Below are positions 1-10,023 of a stretch of 64,000 bases of DNA, piece by piece. A program made the translations under genes and the position numbers. The stretch's first letter is position 1, and the number at the start of each line of letters is the position of its first letter. Below the pieces are notes generated by a model that ran no database searches, was not told the origin of the DNA, and saw only the letters and a list, made by a program, of their open reading frames with translations. The DNA is from Halarcobacter sp. (GTDB lineage Bacteria; Campylobacterota; Campylobacteria; Campylobacterales; Arcobacteraceae), in contig CP182352.1 in NCBI GenBank assembly GCA_048571215.1, positions 1,536,001 to 1,600,000 of the forward strand, given 5' to 3'.

Positions 1-4
1 GTTA

Positions 5-430
5 ATGACTCCTGATAAAGCAAACTTTTCAGGTAAAAATGTACATGGTGGGGAAATCTTAAAAATGTTAGACCATGTAGCTTACGCTTGTGCGGCAAGA
101 TATACAGGCATGTATGCAGTTACTTTATCTGTTGATATGGTATTATTTAAAAATCCAATAAAAATTGGTTCACTAGTAACTTTTCATGCTTCAGTGAACT
201 ATACGGGTAGAACTTCAATGGAGATAGGGATTAAAGTAATCTCAGAAGATATAAAAGACCATACATTAAAAAATACAAATGTATGTTACTTTACAATGAT
301 TGCTATGGATGAAAATGGTAAAACAACTCCTGTTCCAAAACTAGAACCTAAAACTGAAGATGAGAAAAGAAGATATAATGATGCAATTTTAAGAAGAGAA
401 TCTAGAATGGCATCAAGACACTCTAAATAA
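5..430 (+). CDS. Acyl-CoA thioesterase (hotdog fold, YciA-like); true start may lie upstream of the window
   Basis: N-x-x-G-x-x-HGG-x-x-L-x-x-x-D motif (NFSGKNVHGGEILKMLD) and GRTSMEI. Confidence 0.85.
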   Translation: MTPDKANFSGKNVHGGEILKMLDHVAYACAARYTGMYAVTLSVDMVLFKNPIKIGSLVTFHASVNYTGRTSMEIGIKVISEDIKDHTLKNTNVCYFTMIAMDENGKTTPVPKLEPKTEDEKRRYNDAILRRESRMASRHSK

Positions 431-448
431 TAAACCATTTTAATAATT

Positions 449-482
449 AAAAAAGGTAGAAGTCTTTACTTCTACCTTTTTT
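449..482. terminator. Bidirectional intrinsic terminator
   Basis: AAAAAAGGTAGAAGT-cttt-ACTTCTACCTTTTTT between convergent genes. Confidence 0.8.
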
Positions 483-1861
483 TATCTATATTGATGTGCT
501 ATTCTATGTTTTTTCCATTTATCAAACATCATTTCATTTGAATTTTTTGTATTATCTTGACCAGCTAAATAGTTCATTAAAACAGCTTCAAGAAAAGTAC
601 TATAATCTAAAGCAATAGCACCTTTTTCTTTACTTTGTGGAATATCTCCTTTTCTATTTTGAAACCAATCATTCCATTGTTTAGAACCTGGAGTATACAT
701 CTGCCAAGGGGTTTTAGAAAAATCTTTCGCTGGATAAAAAAATGTTAAATCTCCAGGGAAGACTGAAGTACCATGACAACTCAAACATGAAGAACTTCTA
801 AGAGCAGGAACTATTTTACCATCCACTTCAACATTATACTTAACAGCAATATCAAATGGACCAGATAATCTTTTCCCATATCCTAATGTGACTTTTGAAT
901 ATGCAGGTGCAGAAGGATTGATATATGTTTCTTCAAGTGGCATTAGAGGATTTTTGGCTGAATTAACATCTGGATCATTCCCCCACATTGCACCTAAAGG
1001 AACCATTTTATCCCAAGCATTATCACCTTTTGCATCTTTATCATATACAAGTGTTGAAAATACCCAACCTGTTTGTGGAGAAGCAATACTATCTTTTACA
1101 ATAATATCAAAAATACCAACTCTTATATCTGTAACTTCTGGTTTTGCATCTTTTATAGTACCATTTAAATCAAATGGTTTTCTAAAGATTTTCCATTTTG
1201 CGGCACCTTCTAAAACAGGCCACTGTTCTGGGGTTGCAGTAACACCTGCTGATTTTATAATAATTGAACCCTCTTTAAATTGAGCTTCATTATTATCTAT
1301 ACTAGGGATACAAGAATTTGTTTTTTTATCACATTTACTCCATACTTTATGTAAAGTATAAGCTGCAGTCTCATTATAATAAATCGATGCATGATTACGA
1401 ATATTTACCTTTAAACCAGAATTGGCATAAATCTCTTTTTTCATAATCTGACCAGTATAAGTTCCATATATAGAATCACGACCTTCCCAACCAGTTTTTT
1501 CAACCTCTTCTCCAGCCCAAAGCATACTATACCAACCCTTTTGTGGACTTTTGTTCCATTTTTCAGGATTTAAGACAAAATCTTTAATTGAAGGTGTTAT
1601 ATATTTTTTAAGAATCATAATATAATCATACGCTCTATCTTTAGTTAAATAACCATCTTTTAATACACTTCTCCAAGGCATACTTGGTTGTTCATAACTA
1701 GTTGGATAATTATATTTAAATTTCCATAGAGGTCCATTATATTGGGACTTAGTTGGTATCTCACCATTATTTACAGCAAAGGGGTCAATGCTACTAGCAT
1801 TAAGAAAAGGGATTGTAGTAAACAAACATATTGCACTTAGTAGTTTTAATTTTTTATTCAT
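482..1861 (-). CDS. Secreted hypothetical protein with one CxxCH motif (putative c-type cytochrome)
   Basis: N-terminal signal peptide (MNKKLKLLSAICLF...NA); SCLSCHG near the C-terminus. Confidence 0.6.
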   Translation of the reverse strand: MNKKLKLLSAICLFTTIPFLNASSIDPFAVNNGEIPTKSQYNGPLWKFKYNYPTSYEQPSMPWRSVLKDGYLTKDRAYDYIMILKKYITPSIKDFVLNPEKWNKSPQKGWYSMLWAGEEVEKTGWEGRDSIYGTYTGQIMKKEIYANSGLKVNIRNHASIYYNETAAYTLHKVWSKCDKKTNSCIPSIDNNEAQFKEGSIIIKSAGVTATPEQWPVLEGAAKWKIFRKPFDLNGTIKDAKPEVTDIRVGIFDIIVKDSIASPQTGWVFSTLVYDKDAKGDNAWDKMVPLGAMWGNDPDVNSAKNPLMPLEETYINPSAPAYSKVTLGYGKRLSGPFDIAVKYNVEVDGKIVPALRSSSCLSCHGTSVFPGDLTFFYPAKDFSKTPWQMYTPGSKQWNDWFQNRKGDIPQSKEKGAIALDYSTFLEAVLMNYLAGQDNTKNSNEMMFDKWKKHRIAHQYR

Positions 1862-1938
1862 ATATACTCCTTTAAGTATTATAAACTTTAGCGCTATTTA
1901 TCTTAATATTTTATAATATTATTTATATTTTATATATT

Positions 1939-4900
1939 TTATATGGTTTGATTACGTCCTAATTCTTTAGCTTTATATAAAGCTTTATCAGCAGTATTTA
2001 TCAGTAGTTCAACATCACAATTATCAATTTGATTAGATACAGAAACTCCTATACTAATTGTAATATATTCAGATACACTTGATTTTTCATGTATTATTTT
2101 ACATTTACTTAAATTATAATGAATCTCATTTGCAACCTTTAATGCACCCATCTTATCTGTATCGGGCAAAATAATTGCAAACTCCTCTCCCCCATAACGC
2201 GCCACAAAGTCACTTGCCCTATTTATTGATTTCATTAAGATTTCTGCCACTTTCATCAAACAAGTATCACCTTTTTGATGTCCATAAAAATCATTATAAT
2301 TTTTAAAAAAATCAACATCACAAATCAGCAAACTTAAAGGTTTTTTATCCCTTTGTGCTTGGAAAAAAGCCCTTTGTAAATATTCATCAAAACTTCTTCT
2401 ATTTTTTAAAGATGTTAAAGAATCAGTTGTAGCAAGTAGATCAAGTTTTTCTATTGCTTTTTGTAATTTAAGTTCTACTTTTTTTCTCTCCTCATTCTCA
2501 TTTAATACCTCTTTATTTAATTGAGAAATCTTATTGTTTTGATCTAGTAAAATCTCATTTTGATCTGCAAGTTCTTCATTCTTGAAATCTAAATCACGGG
2601 TTCTCTCTTTTACTTTTTCTTCTAGTTTATAATATATTTGGGCATTTTCAATAGAGATTGCAATTTGTCCACTTAAATGTTTTAACAATTCTACTTTTTC
2701 ATATGTAAATACACTTGAAATCAAATTATTCTCTAAATATATAATTCCTTTTAATTCCCCTGATAGTTTAATAGGTGCACATAATACTGATTTTACACCT
2801 CTATTTAAAACATCATCATCTTCATTAAAAATTGTATTATCTTGAAGATTATCTAAAACTAAAGTCTCTCCTGAATTTATTACATAATTAATAACTGACT
2901 TTACTATAGATTTTGCATCATCAATTTTTTCTGCTTGAAGAACATATATCTCTTCTTTATCTACAAAAGATTGTGCTTGAATTAAAAATTCATTATCATT
3001 TTTCAATAAAAGAGCTCCACTTTGAGCACTTGCGTTTTCTATTATTAATTGAATAAGCTTTTTTAAAAGTTCAGATAAATGACGTTCTTGCACAATTATT
3101 TCTGCAGATTTTGTTAAAGTTTGAATATTAAAACTATCATTATTTTTCTTATCAAAACAATCGTTTATTTGGGCATTTTTATTATAAATCCACTTTTCTA
3201 AACTAATTTTTGCATCATTAGCATATAATATTGTAACTTTTCTCTGTAATTTATTTTTATACATCTCGCTAATTATATTATTAATAATTATTTCTAAGTT
3301 TTTTTGTCCATATATATTAACTATTTCTAAAGCATCTTCAAAAACCTTAATCGACAAATCAAATTTATTTTTGATTCTATATATCTCACCTAATAAGATT
3401 TTTTCTCTTGCTAAAAAATTTTCAGGAGAACTTTTTGCCCAAGCTTTAAACTTTTTTTGAATTGATTCTATTTTTTTTAGATTTATTATATTTGAAAAAG
3501 TCTTCTTATTATTAATCAACTTAGCGTAGATTAAAGCTTCATAAAATTTATATTCTGTATGATGTAACATCCCTTTTGCAGAAGAGATGAATCTTTCACC
3601 TTCTACTGAGATATCTAGTGCTTCCTTATACTTTTTATGAAAATAAAGAGTAATCATTTTATTAAGATAATAAAAAAGTGCAAAATGGGGAGACTTATAC
3701 TCTTTTAAATCGTTTACATAAAGTTCTTCATCAAAAAGCTTATCAGAAAAGGAATTTTCAGAATTAGTTTGATTTTTCAAATTTAAAATTGCTTGTTTAA
3801 CACTTAATATGGCACCTAATTGTTCAACTGTACCAAGACTTTTAAGCATCACTTCAAAATATTCAATCTTCTCTAAAATAAAATCTAAGTTTACACCTCG
3901 CATAAACATACTTTGTATAATACCTGCTGCTGCACACGCAGAATGAAACCAATCCCCTACTTCTATACCATTATTATATGCATCTTCCCAAAGCGATTCT
4001 GTATATGAAGAGGGGTGTTTCCATGATATTGCAAAATATCCACACACAAATTGTACTTCTGCATGTTGGGTAGTATTGTTAAATTTATCTACCATCTTAA
4101 AACATAATTGTGCATATTCATTTCCAATAGTATGATTTGATAATACAGCACCTTGAAAAATAACACCAAAAACCATAAAGCCAACTACAGATTCTGATGT
4201 AATCCCCTCTTTTAGACATAAATCAACTAATTTCATTGAGATTTCAACACTCAATTCAGGCTTTATTTGATAAGAAACTTTTAATAATGCAGATAATATA
4301 CGAATAAGAAGTTTTATCTTTTCATCACTTGCTTCTTTGATTTCTAAAAGTTGTTCAACTTTGTATGATTTTAGTTTATACTTTAATACAAGAAAATTTT
4401 TTATCAATGAAAACTTATTAAACTCTTTTGGCAACTCCATATCAAATAAAAGCACTGCTTTACGACCAATTTCATAAGCTTCTTTGAACTTTGTACAATC
4501 TGTATAAAAATTGATTATCAATTCATATATCAAGCCTTTTTCTTCGATTGTATTAGCTTTTTCTAATGCAAAATTATAATAATATAATGCCTCTTTATTA
4601 TTATGACATAGATGTTCACACTCTGCACGAAGTTTCAAAATATTGATATAATTACTAGGTTGTTCAATAATTTCCATTGCATTTTTAATATAATTTAGTG
4701 CATTTGCAAAATCTCCATTTCTTTTAGAATATAAACAAGCTTCAATATTTAAATCGAATACATCATTTTTTTGAATATCTGATAATTTTGATAATGCTAA
4801 ATTAAAATTATTTATACATAATATCAAATTGTCTTTATTTTCCATTAGATATAAGGTTTGTGCAATTTTTAAATGAATCTTCTGTTTTTCTTCATCTTCC

Positions 4901-6903
4901 ATTGATGTATAAACAACCTCTTTCATCCTATCATGAGAAAAACAACATAATGGGTCAATAGTATTCTTTAGCTGACTAAATACAAGCCACTCTTTTTCTA
5001 CTGCTTCATCTAAGAGAGTTTCAAAAATTACTTTATTATCATAAATTCTTTCTAATAAAATTTTTGAAAATTCATTACCTATACACGAAGCAATTTTCAA
5101 TAAATATTGAAGCTCATTAGAAAATAGTTTTATTTGCTTAAACAATATATCAAATACATTATCACTTATTTGCATATTTTCTATTCTTTCTAAATTACAA
5201 AACCATTTTAATCTATCAAAATCAAAGTAAACTGCATTTTCAACTTGTAATTCTTTTAGATATTGTTTTACAAAAAGAGCATTCCCTCGAGTTTTATTAA
5301 AAATAATTCTACTTACTTCATCAATCTCTTCTATTTCCATAGAGTTTGAAATAAACTTTTTAATAGAATCTTTAGTCATAGCCTCGATTTTTAAAAAATT
5401 AACATTTATATCAATTGAATTTAATTTCTTTAATAAAATATTAAAAGGATGGGTAAGTGTTACCTCATTTTCTCTATGTGTTGTAATTATCAATACATTT
5501 TTTAAATTTATTATTAATTTTTCTATTAATTTTAAAGTAACAAAATCTATCCATTGCACATCATCAAAATATATGCAAAGAGGTTTATCATCTTTGGAAA
5601 ATAGTTGTAAAAAACGGATTAATACAGAATCAAATTGGGCTTTATAGTCACTATCTAAACTAATATTATAACTATCTTTTGCTCCAACTATATACTCTAA
5701 TTCAGGAATAATTGAAAAAAGAAGAACAACTTTTTCTTTTAATTCATCTTCAATCTTTTTTTTCCAAAGTGTTATACTTGTTTTATCTTTAGTAATAATC
5801 TGTTTTGTTAAATTTCGTAATGCCAAATATAAAATCTCATAGGAACTATTTTGTTTAAACTCATCAAGTTTAACTTTAACTATATAACTAAAAGTGTTTT
5901 TATTTTTATCTAACATAAAATTAGTAAATGTGGATTTACCAATCCCTGAATCTCCATAAATAGAGATGAAAGATGATTTATTGTCTTTCAATTGCATCAA
6001 ATAATCATCAAATATCTTAAACTCTTCCTCTCTTCCAAAAAGTTCATTTAAATGATTTAATTCCAAAATATTACGCATACTATCTAATTCAAACTCATTC
6101 AAACAATTATTATCAAAAACTCTTATTAAATCCATAACAACTGATACTATGTTACTATAACGATTTTTTTGATCTTTTGCTATCATCTTATCAATAATAA
6201 AAGAGACACTCTTAGGGATATTTTTATTTATTAAACATACACTTGGCAACTCTTTTGTGACAACAGCATAAGGGATTGAAGATTCATTTATTATTTCATA
6301 TAAGGCTTTACCTGTCAATAGATAATAAAATACCATCCCCAAACTATATATATCACTAGTAAAATTTATACCATCACTAACACGCCCTGTCTGTTCTGGA
6401 GATTGATATATATTATGAACATCTAATTCATAAGAAAAATCACTATATTCTGATTTAAATGAAGCAGCTCCAAATCCTGCTAATTTGACATTGTAATTAT
6501 CGTTTATGAGGATTGTTTCTGGGCTAATAGTAGTATGTAAAATATTATTACTATGCAAAGTATATATTGCTTTAGATAAAGAGATTGCAAGGTGAAAAAA
6601 TCTTTCAAAAGGTAATAAATCATTTTTATTAACAAACTCTTCTAAAGTTGAACCTTCAAAATATTTTCTAATCAAATATATCTTATCATCAATTTTAGAT
6701 AATGATTCAACTTCAACTATATTTTCATGTTTGCATTGATTTAAGATAGAATATTCATTTTGAAGTTTTTTTTCACTTCTTAAAAGATTATTTTTTTCAC
6801 TTTTGAGAATTATCTTTTGATTATTTTTATCATATGCAATATATAAGTTAGAATTCGTTGTACTATTAAACTTTGGAAGTTTGTTAAATCTCTTTATTTG
6901 CAT
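1939..6903 (-). CDS. Multidomain signalling protein: degenerate Ser/Thr kinase + STAND-type AAA ATPase + helical repeats + GAF + GGDEF diguanylate cyclase
   Basis: Kinase-like YQSPEQTGR and SDIYSLG; Walker A GDSGIGKS; Walker B IYFDDVQW; GAF (SVLCAPI...IYLEN); DVDFFKNYND, RASD I-site, RYGGEEF. Confidence 0.85.
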   Translation of the reverse strand: MQIKRFNKLPKFNSTTNSNLYIAYDKNNQKIILKSEKNNLLRSEKKLQNEYSILNQCKHENIVEVESLSKIDDKIYLIRKYFEGSTLEEFVNKNDLLPFERFFHLAISLSKAIYTLHSNNILHTTISPETILINDNYNVKLAGFGAASFKSEYSDFSYELDVHNIYQSPEQTGRVSDGINFTSDIYSLGMVFYYLLTGKALYEIINESSIPYAVVTKELPSVCLINKNIPKSVSFIIDKMIAKDQKNRYSNIVSVVMDLIRVFDNNCLNEFELDSMRNILELNHLNELFGREEEFKIFDDYLMQLKDNKSSFISIYGDSGIGKSTFTNFMLDKNKNTFSYIVKVKLDEFKQNSSYEILYLALRNLTKQIITKDKTSITLWKKKIEDELKEKVVLLFSIIPELEYIVGAKDSYNISLDSDYKAQFDSVLIRFLQLFSKDDKPLCIYFDDVQWIDFVTLKLIEKLIINLKNVLIITTHRENEVTLTHPFNILLKKLNSIDINVNFLKIEAMTKDSIKKFISNSMEIEEIDEVSRIIFNKTRGNALFVKQYLKELQVENAVYFDFDRLKWFCNLERIENMQISDNVFDILFKQIKLFSNELQYLLKIASCIGNEFSKILLERIYDNKVIFETLLDEAVEKEWLVFSQLKNTIDPLCCFSHDRMKEVVYTSMEDEEKQKIHLKIAQTLYLMENKDNLILCINNFNLALSKLSDIQKNDVFDLNIEACLYSKRNGDFANALNYIKNAMEIIEQPSNYINILKLRAECEHLCHNNKEALYYYNFALEKANTIEEKGLIYELIINFYTDCTKFKEAYEIGRKAVLLFDMELPKEFNKFSLIKNFLVLKYKLKSYKVEQLLEIKEASDEKIKLLIRILSALLKVSYQIKPELSVEISMKLVDLCLKEGITSESVVGFMVFGVIFQGAVLSNHTIGNEYAQLCFKMVDKFNNTTQHAEVQFVCGYFAISWKHPSSYTESLWEDAYNNGIEVGDWFHSACAAAGIIQSMFMRGVNLDFILEKIEYFEVMLKSLGTVEQLGAILSVKQAILNLKNQTNSENSFSDKLFDEELYVNDLKEYKSPHFALFYYLNKMITLYFHKKYKEALDISVEGERFISSAKGMLHHTEYKFYEALIYAKLINNKKTFSNIINLKKIESIQKKFKAWAKSSPENFLAREKILLGEIYRIKNKFDLSIKVFEDALEIVNIYGQKNLEIIINNIISEMYKNKLQRKVTILYANDAKISLEKWIYNKNAQINDCFDKKNNDSFNIQTLTKSAEIIVQERHLSELLKKLIQLIIENASAQSGALLLKNDNEFLIQAQSFVDKEEIYVLQAEKIDDAKSIVKSVINYVINSGETLVLDNLQDNTIFNEDDDVLNRGVKSVLCAPIKLSGELKGIIYLENNLISSVFTYEKVELLKHLSGQIAISIENAQIYYKLEEKVKERTRDLDFKNEELADQNEILLDQNNKISQLNKEVLNENEERKKVELKLQKAIEKLDLLATTDSLTSLKNRRSFDEYLQRAFFQAQRDKKPLSLLICDVDFFKNYNDFYGHQKGDTCLMKVAEILMKSINRASDFVARYGGEEFAIILPDTDKMGALKVANEIHYNLSKCKIIHEKSSVSEYITISIGVSVSNQIDNCDVELLINTADKALYKAKELGRNQTI

Positions 6904-7016
6904 AGATATCCCTGAATTATTAATAATTATATTGTTTTGTAATTTAAATTAACTTTAAGAAATAAATAGCATAAGATTAATTCATCATTTTTTTATAGTT
7001 GAAAGATACCTACATA

Positions 7017-7052
7017 ATAAGATATTTTATTTTTAAAAATAAAATATCTTAT
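7017..7052. repeat. Perfect 36-bp palindrome, probable terminator of the ABC-F gene
   Basis: ATAAGATATTTTATTTTT|AAAAATAAAATATCTTAT immediately downstream of the 7066 stop. Confidence 0.6.
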
Positions 7053-7065
7053 AAATGAAAAATTA

Positions 7066-8658
7066 TTATTGTGCTTTTGATTCTAAAAACTCTTCGTAAG
7101 AACCTTTAAAATCTATGATTGTTCCATCACTTTGAATCTCAATAATTCTGTTTGCATAAGCGTCAAGTAGTTCCCTATCGTGTGATACACAAATAACAGA
7201 ACCTGGATATTCCAATAATCCCTCACCAAGTGCAATAATAGCTTCAAGATCTAGGTGATTTGTAGGTTCATCTAATATCATGAAGTTTGGTTGTTCAAGC
7301 ATGATTTTAGAAAGCATCATTCTATGCTTTTCTCCCCCACTACAAGATTTAACTTTTTTCTCTTGTTCTTGTCCGTTAAATAACATTCTTCCTAAACAGT
7401 TTCTAATCTCTGCAATATCAGCATCTCTATCAAAAGATCTTAACCAATCATATAAAGTCATATCCCCATCAATAATATCTGTAGCATTTTGTGGAAAATA
7501 ACCATTTTGAATAGTTGCACCCCAATGTATATCTCCTGAATCAGCTTCAACATTACCAACTAAAATTTCACATAAAGTTGTTTTACCAATACCATTTGGT
7601 CCAATAAGTGCTATTTTATCACCCTTTTCTAATGAAAATGAGATATCATTTAAAACCATCTCTCCATCATAAGATTTAGTGATATTGTTTACAAATAAAA
7701 TCTCTTTACCAACTTCTCTTTTTTGTCTAAAGATAATAGATGGATCTCTTCTACTAGAGATTTGAATACTACCAACATCAAGTTTATCAAGTTGTTTTTG
7801 TCTTGAAGTAGCTTGTTTTGCCTTAGATGCATTTGCACTAAATCTAGCGATAAATTTTTCTAATTCTTCTTTCTCTTTTTGTTTTTTATTCATATCAGCT
7901 TGTTGTTGTTTAGCCATAACTGTTGATGCAATATACCAATCATCATAGTTACCTGTAAACTCCCTAATTTGTTTATAATCAACATCTAAAATATGAGTAC
8001 ATACTGCATTTAAAAAGTGTCTATCGTGAGAGATAACAACCATAGTACCATCATGGTGTTGAAGTTGATTTTCTAACCAACCAATTGTTTCTATATCAAG
8101 GTTATTTGTAGGCTCATCTAGAAATAATACATCTGGTTTAGGATATAAAACCTGCGCCAATAAAACTTTGAATTTATCTCCACCTGTATAAGAGCTCATT
8201 AACTCTTGATGTTCACTTGCAGGGAAACCTAAATCCTCTAGTATTTTTGTAATCTTTACATCATATTCATAAGTTGGGTCTTCCTCAACACAAACAATCT
8301 CTAGCTCTGCTAATCTATTGTTTATCTCATCAGTAAACTCTTCACTCATGTAAAGTTTTTCTTTCTCTTTTATTGCATCGTATAATCTTTTATTTCCAAG
8401 TAATACTGTATCAAAAATTGTATGTTTTTCATAAGCAAATTGATTTTGACTTAAAGTTCCAACTTTTTTACCATTTTGAACTTGTACTTCACCCTCAGTA
8501 GCTTCCTCTTCACCGCTTAAGATTTTTAAGAAAGTTGACTTACCTGCACCATTGGCACCAATAAGACCATATCTTTTCCCTGTATCTAATTTTAAGTTTA
8601 TATCTTGGAATAAAACTCTAGGACCGTAAGCTTTTTTCAGTTTAATAGTTTGAACCAT
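7066..8658 (-). CDS. ABC-F family ATPase (YbiT/YkpA-like)
   Basis: Two ABC domains (GANGAGKS, GPNGIGKT; LDEPTN twice; SHDR), no TM segments. Confidence 0.9.
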   Translation of the reverse strand: MVQTIKLKKAYGPRVLFQDINLKLDTGKRYGLIGANGAGKSTFLKILSGEEEATEGEVQVQNGKKVGTLSQNQFAYEKHTIFDTVLLGNKRLYDAIKEKEKLYMSEEFTDEINNRLAELEIVCVEEDPTYEYDVKITKILEDLGFPASEHQELMSSYTGGDKFKVLLAQVLYPKPDVLFLDEPTNNLDIETIGWLENQLQHHDGTMVVISHDRHFLNAVCTHILDVDYKQIREFTGNYDDWYIASTVMAKQQQADMNKKQKEKEELEKFIARFSANASKAKQATSRQKQLDKLDVGSIQISSRRDPSIIFRQKREVGKEILFVNNITKSYDGEMVLNDISFSLEKGDKIALIGPNGIGKTTLCEILVGNVEADSGDIHWGATIQNGYFPQNATDIIDGDMTLYDWLRSFDRDADIAEIRNCLGRMLFNGQEQEKKVKSCSGGEKHRMMLSKIMLEQPNFMILDEPTNHLDLEAIIALGEGLLEYPGSVICVSHDRELLDAYANRIIEIQSDGTIIDFKGSYEEFLESKAQ

Positions 8659-8841
8659 AATATCTAATCTCCATAACTTATCTTGATTTTTGGGGATTAT
8701 ATCTAAATGTAACTATAATCTATGTTATATAAAAATAACTATTCTAAAAATTCTAATTTTTCTTTAATAAACTACCAACTAACAAATTTTTCATACAAAA
8801 AATACTCAAAACTATTACAATTAAATAAAAAAGGCTTTATC

Positions 8842-9606
8842 ATGGAAGCTAATAAAAAAATTTGGATAGTAGGTGGAAGTTCTGGTATTGGTTTAGAGCT
8901 TGTAAAACAATGTTTAGAAAAAGACTACTTAGTTATTGCAAGTTCTAGAAATGCAACAAAAACAAAAGAGCTTTTGGATTTAAAAAATGATTATCCCAAA
9001 ACCATCTCTTTTGTTGATATGGATGTAAATAATGAAAGTTCAATTTTAAATGGTATTTCTGATGCTTGGAATTGTTATGATGGGATTGATATCTGGTTTT
9101 ACAATGCGGGAGCTTATGAGATAATGTCCTTAGATGAATGGGATTATGATAAGTTTGAACAAATGAATAGCGTTAACTACTTGGGTGTTGTTAAGATTAT
9201 GACAAAACTCTTACCCCTTTATAAAAACAACAATATTCACACAAGATGGATTTGGAATTGTAGTATATCAAGCTATTTTGGACTACCGCAAGGTGGTGGT
9301 TATTCTGCTCCAAAAGCTGCCCTTGTAAATCTTGCTGAATCAATTCAGCCAGAACTTGATAAAAACAATATCAAACTTCAAATTATTAATCATGGCTTTG
9401 TGAAAACTAGATTAACTGAAAAAAATAAATTTGAGATGCCTCAAATTATGAGTCCAGAATTTACTGCAAAAAAGATTTTGGAAGGTATAGAAACCTCATC
9501 ATCTTTTGAGATACGATTTCCCTACAAATTATCTTTATTTCTTAGAATTTTAAAATTTTTACCATATAAGTTTTCATTAAAACTTACTAAAAAGTTAGTT
9601 CAATGA
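8842..9606 (+). CDS. SDR family oxidoreductase
   Basis: GGSSGIG, NAG, YSAPK; ATG at 8842 follows an AAGG RBS (the ORF-track start at 8722 is probably too early). Confidence 0.85.
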   Translation: MEANKKIWIVGGSSGIGLELVKQCLEKDYLVIASSRNATKTKELLDLKNDYPKTISFVDMDVNNESSILNGISDAWNCYDGIDIWFYNAGAYEIMSLDEWDYDKFEQMNSVNYLGVVKIMTKLLPLYKNNNIHTRWIWNCSISSYFGLPQGGGYSAPKAALVNLAESIQPELDKNNIKLQIINHGFVKTRLTEKNKFEMPQIMSPEFTAKKILEGIETSSSFEIRFPYKLSLFLRILKFLPYKFSLKLTKKLVQ

Positions 9607-10021
9607 ATACACAAGAATATAAAGATTTTTTTGAAAACTTATCAAAAGATACTCCAATTGAAGAGTATGAAAATATTTTTTCAATAAAAGCAAAATTTGA
9701 AGACCCTTTTCACAAAGTAGAAGGGGTTCAAGAGATTTATAATGTATTTAAAATGATGTATAAGAAGTTGGATTCACCAATTTTTAAAGTTAAAGAGATA
9801 GTTGAAAATTCAAATATCGCATATTTTAAGTGGGATTTTTACTTTTACTTTAAAAACAAAACTAAAAAACAAAGTTTTGAAGGAGTTAGTAGAATAGAAT
9901 TTGATAAAGAGGGAAAAGTTGTTTCCCATGTGGACTATTGGGATAGCGCCAAAACCTATATGAGAAAATTCCATTTTTATCAACACTATTTAGTTTTTTG
10001 AAAAATAGAATTAAAGAGTAA
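9603..10021 (+). CDS. SnoaL/NTF2-like protein with a 1-nt frameshift near the 3' end
   Basis: FEDPF and SHVDYWD motifs; adding one A at 9951-9954 gives the tail NLYEKIPFLSTLFSFLKNRIKE* ending at 10021. Confidence 0.75.
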
Positions 10022-10023
10022 AT

